Shown here one piece after another: positions 47,873-59,795 of a stretch of 64,000 nt of DNA. Position numbers and translations under genes: made by a program. The DNA is from Squalus acanthias (Eukaryota), in contig CM059432.1 in NCBI GenBank assembly GCA_030390025.1, forward strand, positions 50,966,001-51,030,000. Direction: 5' to 3'. The notes beneath the pieces were generated by a model. The model searched no databases and had not been told where the DNA came from. It saw nothing but the letters and a program-made list of their open reading frames with translations. Each line of letters starts with the position of its first letter. The stretch's first letter is position 1.

Positions 47873-49611
47873 TACTGGCATGAGTGCAGCCTATTAGGTT
47901 AGTACGTGGTACATTGATATGTGCAATTTGTGCAACTAGATTAAAGTAGCCATGTACATCAACATCCCAGCCAAAACTTGGAGTAACATTGCAGCTGCGT
48001 AGAAATGTGTGTTTCACAACACAGCAGATGCAGGCATGCATATGTGCAGTAGTGTTATGAGTTTTGAAGTACCCAGTTGTGCCTGATGACTAGATTGCCA
48101 TAACAAGGGCATTAAGATGCAGTTGGCAGCTTGAACTTGAGCTACCCTGCTCCAACAAGCGATCTTAGATAATGTAGAACAGATGAAGCGAGGTTAAGAT
48201 TATCTAGAATACACTCCCACATCGGGTGTAGCATGGATACGAGTTCCCTCTTCACTACAATACCAAGCACTTCCAGGTTAGCTGCAATTAGGAGCTCTCT
48301 CTAGGACCAGTGTCACCATACCTACACTACAACTTCTGTGCATTCACTCCACAGCAGAATGTTTTCAGTACCCTCACCCGGTTTCACTTTGGTGGACAAA
48401 ACAAGTTCCTCATTAAATGTTCAAGAAAGAAATGAAGACTGCATGTACACCCACTATCCTCACTATCATCAGAGATTCTGAAAACGCCAAGCAAGTTGCA
48501 GCTGTCAGTTTGCTGACAAGAGTTTAAAGAACCAGCAAAAACAAATGGCAAATCTCATTACCCAGAATAAACCACCAGACGCGAGAACATATAACCTGTA
48601 AGCTTTTTCTAGTGGTTTCTTTTAAAAGTGTGTACAATAAGGAATAATAAAGATTCAAATATATTACATTCTACTCCTGTTCATTCAGGCATTATTTTTG
48701 CTAAAAATGTTTTTGAATTATTCAGATTTAATAAAACAGCACAATATTTTGCACAACTTTAATTTGAAGGAACAGATGATTCAAATTAATTAGGGGTAAA
48801 CTGAGCTCATGAGCTCTGGGGTCAGTCATAAGCCTATAATATGCAAAGCTGCCTTGACATTTTTTCCAATTATTGTCCCCTGTAATATTGTCTCTCTTTT
48901 AAATATAAAAGTGGTAGAAGATTGAAAGGAAAAATAACCAATAATTACCAATTTGCTTTATCTTTGATTAGAAACATCTCTGGTAGCAAAAGGGAGACAG
49001 AGCTTTGAAAGAAAGCCCAAGCCTGATGAGAACGTGCCTCCTTCTGCCTAAGCTCACACGTGAAGATTAGCCACCTGGGGAAGATGCTGGTGGTTCCCAC
49101 AGAACAATACAGCAACAGAACTATGCACCCGAGGAGAAAAGTGGGAGGAAGAAAGCATTTAGCTTCTTCAGTGGCTCCTCAAAGCTGTTTTGCCTCCTGC
49201 TCTGAGTATCTGCTTATTCCTATGTTAAACTTTGTTCTGGAGTATGGGAAAGCAACAGTAAACGTCTCAAGACAGCTAGGATAGTTTCTGTTGGCAACAC
49301 CTGTCTACATTTGTATAGATTCAAGGTTTTCAGTTCGAAGATGACCGTATAGGACTTTACTTTAGCTGGAAATGTTGCAGAGCTGAGAAATAAAGATACA
49401 CTTACTCATCGAATGTAGCTGTAATCTCCAGCAGGCAGGTCCTGCTGCATTGCATCCCAAATGTAACACATTAAAATGTTACTTTATTATGAATATTCAA
49501 GGCTGAAGCAATGGGAGTGTTCTTCATGAATTCCACTTAACTTTGTGCTGAACTGAAACTTTAGAATGCTAAGCTTATAAATGATTGTTATTTTAATTCT
49601 TTATATAATAT

Positions 49612-52285
49612 AAAGAAAGGCTCTTAGCACCAAAAGTCAAGAAGTAGAATCAGTTTGGGTGGAGCTAAGAAACAGCAAGGGGCAGAAAACATTGGTGGGA
49701 GTTGTTTATAGGCCCCCAAACAGTAGTTGTAATGTAGGGCAGAGTATAATGTAGTGCAGAGTATAAATCAGGAAATTAGAGGCGCATGTAACAAGGGTAA
49801 TACAGTAATAATGGGGGACTTTAATCTACATATAGACCGGGCAAACTAAATTTGCAGTAATAGTGTGGATGACGAATTCATGGAATGTATGCAAGATAGT
49901 TTTCTAGATCAGTATGTTGAGGAACCAACTAAGGAACAGGCTATTTTAGATCTAGTATTGTGCAATGAGAAAGGGTTAATTAATAACCTTGTAGTAAAGG
50001 GGCCTTTAGGGAAGAATGACCATAATATGATAGAATTTTATATTGAGCTTGAAAGTGATTTAGTTAAATCCAAAACTAGGGTCTTAAATCTAAACAAAGC
50101 AAACTACATAGGTATGAGGGGCAAGTTGGCTAAGGTAGATTGGGAAACTACATTAAAAGGTATGATGGTAGACAAGCAATAGCAAGCATTTAAAGAATTA
50201 ATACATAATTTACAATAAATATACATTCCTTTAAGGCACTAAAACCCCACAGGAAAAGTGGTCCAACCGTGGCTAACAAGAGAAGTTAAAGATAGTATTA
50301 GATCAAAGGAAGAGGCTTATAATGTTGCCAAAAAGAGTAGTAAGCCTGAGGATTGGGAGGATTTTAGAATTCAGCAAAGGAGGACCAAGAGATGGATAAA
50401 GAAAGGGAAAATAGAATATGAGAGTAAACTAGCAAGAGACATAAAAACAGACTGTAAAAGCTTCTATAGGTATGTAAAAAGGAAAAGATTAGCGAAAGTA
50501 AATTTGGATCCTTTACAGGCTGAGACAGGAGAAATTATAATGGGGAATAAGGAAATGGCAGAGAAATTAAACAAATACTTTGTGTCTGTCTTCACAGAAG
50601 AAGAAGCAAAAAGCTTCCCGGAAATATTGGAGAACCTAGCGAGAATGAGGAACTGAAAGAAATTAGTATTAGTAAAAAAATAGTACTGGAGAAATTAATG
50701 GAACTGAAAGCCGATAAATCCCCTGCACCTGATGGCCTACATCCTAGGGTTGTAAAACAGGTGGCTATAGAGATAGTGGATGCATTGGTTGTCATCTTCC
50801 AAAATTCCATAGATTCTAGAACGGTTCCCGCAGATTGGAATGTAACCCCACTATTTAAGAAAGGTGGGAGAGAGAAAATGGGGAACTACAGACCAGTTAG
50901 CCTGACATCAGTAGTAGGGAAAATGCTAGAATCTATTATTAAGGATGTGGTAACAGGGCACTTAGAAAATAATAATAGGATTGGGCAGAGTCAACACAGA
51001 TTTATGAAAGGGAAATCATGTTTGACAAATCTGTTAGAGTTTTTTGAGGTTGTAACTAGCAGAATAGATAAGGGGGAGCCAGTGGATGTGGTGTATTTGG
51101 ATTTTCAGAAGGCATTTGATAAGGTGCCACACAAGAGGTTATTAAACAAAATTAGGGCTCATGGGATTGGGGGTAATATACCAGCATGGATTGAGGATTG
51201 GTTAATGGACAAAAAACAGAGAGTAGGAATAAACCAGTCATCTTTGGGTTGGCAGGCTGTAACTAGTGGGCTACCACAAGGATCAGTGCTTGGGCCTCAG
51301 CTATTCACAATCTACATCAATGATTTGGATGAGGGGACCAAATGTAATATATCCAAGTTTGCTGATGATACAAAGCTAGGAGGGAATATAAGTTGTGAAG
51401 AGGATGCAAAGAGGCTTCAAGGAGATATAGACAGGCTAATTGAATGGGCACGAACATGGCAAATAGAATATAATGTGGAGAAATGTGAAGTTATCCACTT
51501 TGGTAGGAAAAATAGAAAATCAGAGTATTTTTTAAATAGTGAGAGATTGGGAAATGTTGGTGTTCAGAGGGATCTGGGTGTCCTTGTACACGAATCACTG
51601 AAAGTTAACATGCAGCTGCAGCAAGCAATTACAAAATCAAATGCTATGTTGGCCTTTATTACAAGAGGATTTGAGTATACGATAAAGATGTCTTATTGCA
51701 ATTATATAGGGCCCTGGTGAGACCACACCTGGAGTATTATGTACAGTTTGGGTCTCCTTACCTAAGGAAGGATATACTTGCCATAGAGGGATTGCAACGA
51801 AGGTTCACCAGACTGATTCCTGGGAAGGGGGAATTGTTCTTTGAGGAGAGATTGAGTAGACTTGGCCTATATTCTCTAGAGTTTAGAAGAATGATAGGTG
51901 ATCTCATTGAAACATACAACATTCTTACAAGGCTTGACAGGGTAAGATGCAGGGAGGATGTTTCCCCTGGCTGGGGAATCTAGAACCAGGGGTCACAGTT
52001 TCAGAATAAGGAGTCAACCATTTAGGGCTGAGATATGGAGAAATTTCTTCACTCAGAGGGTGGTGAATCTTTGGAATTCTCTACTCCACAGGGCTGTGAG
52101 GCTCAGTCGTTGAGTATATTCAAGACAGAGATCAATAGATTTTTGGATATTAAGAAATCAAGAGATATGGGGATAGTGCAGGAAAGTGGAGTTGAGGTAG
52201 AAGATCAGCCATGATCTTATTGAATGGCGGAGCAGGCTCGAGGAGCTGAATGGACTACTCCTGCTCCTATTTCTTATGTTCTTAT
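49612..52285 (+). mobile_element. CR1 LINE, 5'-truncated within the endonuclease, multiple stops
   Basis: ILDLVLCN, NDHNMIEF, RT ORF 50698-51720, tail TTCTTATGTTCTTAT. Confidence 0.96.
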
Positions 52286-52559
52286 AATCTTATATATTTT
52301 TAAAATTAGTACCGCTCTATTCTCACACAATAAAGGTGCGCAGTTCGCTGCTGATACCGTTTCCTGTTTGCGGAGAAACAAGTCATCTAGTCTTGGTTCC
52401 AATCAGAACTTAGAGAAGGTTAAATCAGTGTCTAATAGCACTCTGTGCCTACTACTGATTTTTAAAAATCTATACTCGAACCGAGTTATAGAACAAACAC
52501 AAAGGTAAATTCAACAAAATTAGGAAGTTCATGAACTTGAACACTATTTGGGGTGCAGT

Positions 52560-53324
52560 ATCATAGAATCAGAATGATACAGCACTTCTGAAGGGCAATT
52601 AGGGATGGGCAATAAATGCTGGCCTTGCCAGCGATGCCCACATCCCAGGAACGAAAAAAAAAGCAAGGACTTTATGCTAAACCTTTATAAATCATTGGTT
52701 AGGCCCCAGCTGGAGTATTGCCTCCAATTCTGAGCACTACACTTTAGGAAGAATTTCAAGGTCTTGGCGAGCCAGTTGGCCCATCGTGCCTGTGCTGGCT
52801 CTTTGAAAGAGCAATCCAATTAGTCCCACTCCCCTGCTCTTTGCCATAGCCCTGCAAATTTTTCCTTTTTAAGTATCTATTCAATTCCCTTTTGCAAGTT
52901 ATTATTGAATATGCTTCCACCACCCTTTCAGGCAGTGCATTTCAGATCATGACAACTCAGTGTGTAAAAAGAAATTCTCTTCATCTCGCCTCTGGTTCTT
53001 TTGCCAATCTGTATCCTCTGGTTGCCGACCCATCTGCTGATGGAAACAGTTTCTCCCTATGTACTCTATCAAAACCCTGCATGATTTTGAACACCACTAT
53101 TAAATCTCCCCTTAACCTTTTCTGCTCTAAGGAGAACAACCCCAGCTTCTCTAGTCTTGCCACGTAACTGAAGTCCCGCATCCCTGGTACCATTCTAGTA
53201 AATTTCCTCTGCACCCTCTCCAAGACCTTGAAATTCTTCCTAAAGTGTAGTGCTCAGAATTGGAGGCAATACTCCAGCTGGGGCCTAACCAATGATTTAT
53301 AAAGGTTTAGCATAAAGTCCTTGC
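52560..53324 (-). mobile_element. CR1 3' fragment carrying an inverted templated insertion
   Basis: ORF 52981-53223 (LEQKRLRGDL); 3' UTR ATACAGCAC...GGCCC split by 52584-52771. Confidence 0.88.
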
Positions 53325-53403
53325 TTTTTTTTCCGTTCCTGGGATGTGGGCGTCGCTGGCAAGGCCAGCATTTATTGCCCATCCCTAATTGCCCTTCAGA
53401 AGT
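52584..53403. repeat. About 188-bp inverted repeat (52584-52771 vs 53216-53403)
   Basis: Arms are reverse complements with about 3 mismatches. Confidence 0.95.
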
Positions 53404-54473
53404 TGGTGGTGAGCCGCCTTCTTGAACCGCTGCAGTCCTTGTGGTGAAGCTACTCCCACAATGCTGTTAGGGAAGGAGTTCCAGGATTTTGACCCAGCAG
53501 CGATGAAGGAACGGCGATATATTTCCAAGTCAGGATGGTGTGTAACTTGGAGGGGAACTTGGAGGTGATGATGTTCCCATGCGCCTGCTGCCCTTGTCCT
53601 TCTAGGTGGTAGAGGTCACGGGTTTGAGATGTGCTGACAAAGAAGCTTTTGCGAGTTGCTGCAGTGCATCTTGTAGATGGTACACACTGCAGCCACAGTG
53701 CGCTGGTGTGATGGAGGGAGTGAATGCTTAAGGTGGTGGATGGGGTGCCAACCAAGCGGGCTGCTTTGTCCTGGATGGTGTCGAGTTTCTTGAGTGTTGT
53801 TGGAGCTGCACTCATCCAGACAAGTGGAGAGTATTCCATCACACTCCTGACTTGTGTCTTGTAGATGGTGGAAAGGCTTTGGGGAGTCAGGAGGTGAGAC
53901 ACTCGCGGCAGAATACCCAGCCTCTGACCTGCTCTTGTAGCCACAGTATTTATGCGGCTGGTCCAGTTAAGTTTCTGGTCAATGGTGACCCCCAGGATGT
54001 TGATGGTGGGGGATTTGGCGATGGTAATGCCGTTGAATGTCAAGGGACGGTGGTTAGACTCTCGCTTGTTGGAGATTGTCATTGTCTGGCACTTGTGTGG
54101 CGTGAATGTTACTTGCCACTTATCAGCCCAAGCCTTAATGTCATCCCGGTCTTGTTGCATGCGGGCATGGACTGCTCCATTATCTGAGGAGTTGCAAATG
54201 GAACTGAACACTATGCAATCATCAGCGAACATCCCCACTTCTGACCTTATGATGGAGAGAAGGTCATTGATAAAGCAGCTGAAGATGATTGGGCCTAGGA
54301 CACTGCCCTGAGGAACTCCTGCAGCGATGTCCTGGGGCTGAGATGATTGACCTCCAACAACCACAACCATCTTCCTTTGTGTTAGGTATGACTCCAGCCA
54401 GTGGAGAGTTTTCCGTCTGCTTCCCATTGACTTCAGTTTTACTTGGGATCCTTGATGCCACACTCAGTCAAAT

Positions 54474-55873
54474 CTTCTTCTTCGGCAGTCCCTCGGAACC
54501 GAGGATGACTTGTTTCCACATTAAAAATGAGTTTGCAGGTGACTGATGAGTCCAATGCGGGACCTACAGTCTCCGTCACAGGTGGGGCAGACGGTGGTTG
54601 AAGGGGCCGGTGGGTGGTGTGCTTGGGTTGACGTGCGCTCCTTGTGCTGCCTGCGCTTGGCTTCCGCTTGCTCCCGGCGAAGAGACTCGAGGTGTTCAGT
54701 GCCTTCCCGGATGCTTCTCCTCCACTTTGTGCCGTCTTAGGCCAGGAATTCCCAGGTGTCGGTGGGGATGTTGCACTTTTTCAAGGAGGCTCTGAGGGTG
54801 TCCTTGAAGTGTTTCCTCTGCCCACCTGGGGCTCTCTTGCCGTGCCGGAGCTCCGAGTAGAGCGCTTGTTTTGGGAGTCTCGTATTGGGCATGCGGAAAA
54901 TGTGACCTGTCCATCGGAGCTGATCGAGCGTGGTCAAAGCTTCGATGCTGGGGATGTTGGCCTGAGCAAGAACACTGACGTTGGTGCATCTATCCTGCCA
55001 ATGGATTTGCAGGATCTTGCAGAGGCAGCGTTGGTGGTACCTCTCCAGTGCTTTGAGGTGCCTGCTGTACATGGTCCACGTCTCTGAGGCATACAGCAGG
55101 GCGGGTATCACTCCTGCTCTGTAGACCATGAGTTTAGTGCCGGGTTTGAGGTCCTGGTCTTCAAACACTCTCTTCCTCAGGCGACCGAAGGCTGCACTGG
55201 CACACTGAAGGCGGTGTTGGACAGTAGGCTTCCGAGGTATGGAAAGTGGTCCACGTTGTCCAAGGCCTTGTCGACGATTTTGATAATCGGGGGGCAGTAC
55301 TGTGTGGCGGGGGCAGGTTGGTAGAGGACCTTTGTCTTACGGATGTTTAGTGTAAGGCCCATGCTCTCGTACGCTTCGATGAAGGTGTTGACGATGGTTT
55401 GGAGTTCGACCTCCGAGTGAGCGCAGACGCAAGCATCGTCTGCATACTGTAATTCGACGACAGAGGATGGGACGACCTTGGATCTGGACTGGAGGCGACG
55501 GAGGTTGAACAGTTTCCAGTTTGTTCTGTAAATTAGCTCCACTCCAGTGGGGAGCTTACTGAGGGTGAGATGGAGCATTGCAGCAAGGAAGATCGAGAAG
55601 AGCGTTGGTGCGATGACACAGCCTTGCTTGACCCCGGTTCGCACGTGAATTGGGTATGTGGTGGAACCGTTGGTCAGGATCACGGCTTGCATGTCGTCGT
55701 GAAGCAGGTGGAGGATGGTGACAAACTTTTGAGGGCAACTGAATTTGAGGAGGACACTCCATAATCCCTCATGGTTGACAGTGTCGAAGGCCTTTGTGAG
55801 ATCAAAGAAGGCCATGTACAGCGGTTGGTGCTGTTCTCTGCATTTCTCTTGTAATTGACGTGCGGTGAAGATG
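54474..55873 (-). mobile_element. RTE-clade LINE, 5'-truncated, nested in LINE-B
   Basis: FFDLTKAFDTV, GVKQGCVIAP, LQYADD, C-terminal CRSRIGLISHL; (GAA)n tail; 3-bp TSD AAT. Confidence 0.95.
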
Positions 55874-56901
55874 AATGCTGCCTTGATGTCAAGGGCAGTC
55901 ACTCACACCACGCCTCTGGAATTCAGCTCTTTTGTCAATGTTTGGACCAAGGTTGTAATGAGGTCTGGAGCTGAGTGGTCCTGGCGGAACCCAAACTGAG
56001 CATCGGTGAGCAGGTTATTGGTGAGTAAGTGCCGCTTGTTAGCACTGTCGACGACTCCTTTCGTGACTTTGCTGATGATTGAGAGTAGACTGATGGGACG
56101 GTAATTGGCTGGATTGGATTTGTCCTGCTTTTTGTGGACAGGACAAACCTGGGCAATTTTCCACATTGTCGGGTAGATGCCAGTGTTGTAGCTGTGCTGC
56201 AACAGCTTGGCTAGAGGCGCAGCTTGTTCTGGAGCACAAGTCTTCAGCACGACAGCCGGGATGTTGTCGCAGCCCACAGCCTTTGCTGTATCCAGTGTGC
56301 TCAGCCGTTTCTTGATATCACGTGGAGTGAATCAAATTGGCTGAAGACTGGCTTCTGTGATGGTGAGAACCTCAGGAGGAGGGCGAGATGGATTATCCAC
56401 TCGTCACTTCTGGCTGAAGGTCATTGCAAACGTTTCAGCTTTGTCTTTTGTACTCATGTGCTGGGCTCCACCATCATTGAGGATGGGGATATTCATGGAG
56501 CCTCTTCCTCTGTTAATTGTTAAATTGTCCACCACCATTCACGACTGGATGTGGCAGGACTGCAGAGCTTTGATCTGATCAGTTGGTTGTGGGATCGCTT
56601 AGCTCTGTCTATAGCATGCTGCTTCCACAGTTTAGCATGCATGTGGTGTTCCCCAGGTTGGCACCTCATCTTTAGGTATGCCTGGTGCGGCTCCTGGCAT
56701 GCTCTTCTGCACTCTTCAATGAACCAGCGTTTGTTCCCTGGCTTCATGGTAGTGGTAGAGTGAGGGATATGCCGGGCCATGAGGTTACAGATTGTGGTGG
56801 AATGGAATTCTGCTGCTGCTGATGCCCCACAGCACCTCATTGATGCACAGCTTTTACCTGCGAGATCTGTTCTGAACCTATTCCATTTAGCACGGTGGTA
56901 G

Positions 56902-57818
56902 TGTTAGATTCGAATTTGGAGAAACTCTAGACGGAGACGGAATTGAGGACAAGAACAAAATTTATTAAAACAACTAAGAGAGACTTGTGCACAAGGGGAG
57001 CCACCCAGCTTCCTCAAGCTTGAGGTGTACTCACAAAGGAAAAACAGCGGTTCATTCAAGATATACAGTTCTATAAGGAACGCCCACCTACTACAGAATG
57101 GGGGCGTACACGTACAAACAACGTCACCACAGTTACTCTTTATTGGTTTCGGTGTTTAGTCACTCAACTGTTGGGCCCATCCCCTGAACTCAGGTGCCCC
57201 TCCCCTGCCCATGCTGGACACAGATGTTGGGAGTAACCCTACCTCCACATTCCTGTTGTTATTTCTTCCTCACTATAAGCATAGTTTATTGTTCGAGAGG
57301 ACCGGTTTTACCCTTAACTGCCGACCAAGCACAAAGCCACAGTGATTCATGTGTCCAGCGAACTCGTACCATGTTTGATAATTGGTACCCTTATCTCCTG
57401 GGAGGACAGGCCGTGCTTGGACAGTGACTCCACTCAGGCGCTGTGAATACACATCCCTAAGTTTAATTAGTGAAGAGACGCCTTGCAGCCTGCAAAAGTG
57501 CCTGTTCCTTGCATTTTACGATCCCCTTATCACTTTTACTGGTCTCTGATGTTCAATATTCGACCTCGCTTACATCCCTGCTATCTGTTCCCAGCTGCAT
57601 GTTGTCAGTCTCCGTTTTAATTAAGCCCCATCTTTGAATCTACAGCTATTCCTTACAAGTGCCTTTTTTATGAGAGGGTTAAACATAGTCAAGTATCCGA
57701 GAATTCTTTGGGAACAAGCTGAACCTTTCAGTGAGCTATTTCTTACAGTTACCTTCTTTGGGAGGGTTAAACCTAGCCAAGTATCCCAGAATTCTTTGGG
57801 AACTAGCTGGATCCTTCA
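56902..57818 (-). mobile_element. Solo LTR (917 bp) nested in LINE-B
   Basis: TG...CA ends; perfect 4-bp TSD GTAG; on the minus strand CCAAT (near 57142), TATA-like (near 57073) and AATAAA (56961-56966) occur in order. Confidence 0.9.
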
Positions 57819-58646
57819 GTAGTGCCCCATAACATGATGGAGGGTGTCCTCAGTGTAAAGACTTTGTCTCCACAAGAACTGTGCGATGGTCACTGCTACC
57901 AATACTGTCATGGACAGATGCATCTGCAACAGGTAGATTGGTGAGGACGAGATCAAGTATGTTTTTCCCTTGTGTTGGTTCTTTCACCACCTGCCGCAGG
58001 CCCAGTCTGGCAGCAATGTCCTTCAGGACTCGGCCAGCTCAGTCAGTAGTGGTGCTACCGAGCCACGCTTGATGATGAACATTGAAGTCCCCCACCCAGA
58101 GTATATTCTGTGCCCTTGCTACCCTCAGTGCTTCTTCCAAGTGGTGTTGAACATGGAGGAGTACTGATTCATCAGCTGAGGGAGGGTAGTAGGTGGTAAT
58201 CAGCAGGAGGTTTCCTTGCCCATGCTTGATCTGAAGCCATGAGACTTCATGGGTACCGGAATCAATGTTGAGGACTCCGAGGGCCACTCCCTCCCAACTT
58301 TATGCCACTGTGCTGCCACATCTGGTGGGTCTGTTCTGCCGGTGGGACAGAACATACCCAGGGATGGTGATGGAGGAGTCTGGGACATTGGCTGAAAGGT
58401 ATGATTCTATGAGTATGACTATGTGAGGCTGTTGCTTGACTAGTCTGTGGGACAGCTCTCCCAATTTTGGCACAAGTCCCCAGATGTTAGTGAGGAGGAC
58501 TTTGCAGGGTTGACTGGGCTGCGTGTGTCGTTGTCGTGTCTGAAGCTGGTGCCTAGGTTGATGCTGGGTGGTCCATCCAGTTTTATTCTTATTGTTTTTC
58601 TTAGCAGTTTGGTAGAACTGAGTGGCTTGCTAGGGCATTTCTGAGG

Positions 58647-58801
58647 ACAAAAGCAAAATACTGTGGATGCTGGAAATCTGAAATAAAAACTCTTAACTTT
58701 TTCCAGTTCTGACAAAAGGTCACTGACTTGAAACGTTAACTCTGATTCTCTCTCCACAGATGCTGCCTGACCTGCTGAGTCTTTCCAGCATTTTCTGTTT
58801 T
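58647..58801 (+). mobile_element. Penelope-like pLTR fragment with degenerate hammerhead, nested in the LINE-B leader
   Basis: TSD CATTTC(T/A)GAGG; CTGACAA-AAGGTCACTGACTT-GAAACGTTAAC. Confidence 0.78.
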
Positions 58802-59008
58802 CATTTCAGAGGGCAGTTAAGAATCAACCACATTGCTGTGGGCCTGGAGTCACATATAGCAGATTTTCTTCCACTAAAGGACATTAGTGAACCAGATGGG
58901 TTTATTACAACAAGCCAATATAGTTCTGTGAGTCACCATTACTGATACTAGCTTTTTATTCCAGATTTATATAATTAATTGAATTTAAATTCCACAGCTG
59001 CCGTAGTG

Positions 59009-59089
59009 GGATTTGAACTGCACATATACCCAATCATCCAAGGCTTCTGGATTACTAGTCCAGTATCACAACCACTATGCTACCATCCC
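59009..59089 (-). promoter_or_regulatory. tRNA-Ser-like Pol III type 2 promoter head of LINE-B
   Basis: A box TAGCATAGTGG (59072-59082); anticodon arm CTGGA-CTAGTAA-TCCAG (59047-59063); long variable region; B box GTTCAAATCC (59009-59018). Confidence 0.85.
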
Positions 59090-59651
59090 CAATGGATCTC
59101 ACACACCCAAGAAATGCAGCCTGCCCAGCCAGGGGGGGGGGGGGGGCGGGCAGGGGAGAAGGGGAATGAGAAGGAGGAAAAACACTGTCTCTTGATTTCA
59201 CACTGCCAGCCACCAGCTCCTCAAGATCGACCAACAAGGTCCCCAGTGAAAGTCAGCAGCCTTCCACCAGCTATGCTGCAGCCACTGGATAGCACTGCGT
59301 GACATCAGTAAGATAGGCAAAGGCACACACAAGACAGTCACTAAGGGAATGCATAAGTGTGATGAGTTGATTTCTTGATGTCATATTGGATGGATAGATG
59401 TATAAAGCTGGATTGGAATGCTTGCTTTGTGGTGGCTTTTATTTCAGCATTGTGGCCAAGAGGATGCTGTGATGGTCAATAACAGAGGGAAGGTAAGGTA
59501 TGTACAAATATTGAAAGGGGAATTGGGGTTGTGGTCACTGGTACCTCAGGCAGATGATTCTATCCCGGATATCCTGGCCAGAAAGGGGCTGTCTGGGTTG
59601 CTTCTTTCTTTCTGCTTCCTCCTCTGCTGTGTCGTCCTCTTCCCTCTGCGA

Positions 59652-59795
59652 GCTGATGCTGTAAATCTGAAATAAAAGTGGAAAATGTTGGAACTACTCC
59701 GCAGTTCAGGCAGTATCTGGACATGAGACATGAACTCTGTTTCTCTCTCAACAGATGCTGCCTGACCTGCTGAGTATTTCCACCACTTTCTGTCT
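59652..59795. mobile_element. Palindromic Penelope-like pLTR remnant
   Basis: Two opposed partial copies of CAGATGCTGCCTGACCTGCTGAGTATTTCCA; no hammerhead core. Confidence 0.65.

Larger units (their letters stand above)
53325..59089 (-). mobile_element. LINE-B: near full-length single-ORF LINE (CR1/L2-group-like RT, clade unresolved) with tRNA-derived 5' head and three nested insertions
   Basis: APE N-terminus KVLLTNIWGL...IVILIES from 58503, WVGDFNVHH, NYRPISLLS, QFGFR, ALDIKAAF, GVPQGSVLGP, MFADD; short A tail at 53325-53332. Confidence 0.93.

Noticed and set aside
54541..54571. CTGATGA-GTCC...GGAC hammerhead-like motif
   Set aside because: There is no GAAA after stem II (CTAC instead). 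It is the antisense of the RTE C-terminal coding motif CRSRIGLISH.
59000..59089. Functional tRNA gene
   Set aside because: Acceptor and T stems do not pair properly and no T-run terminator follows. It is a tRNA-derived retroelement head.
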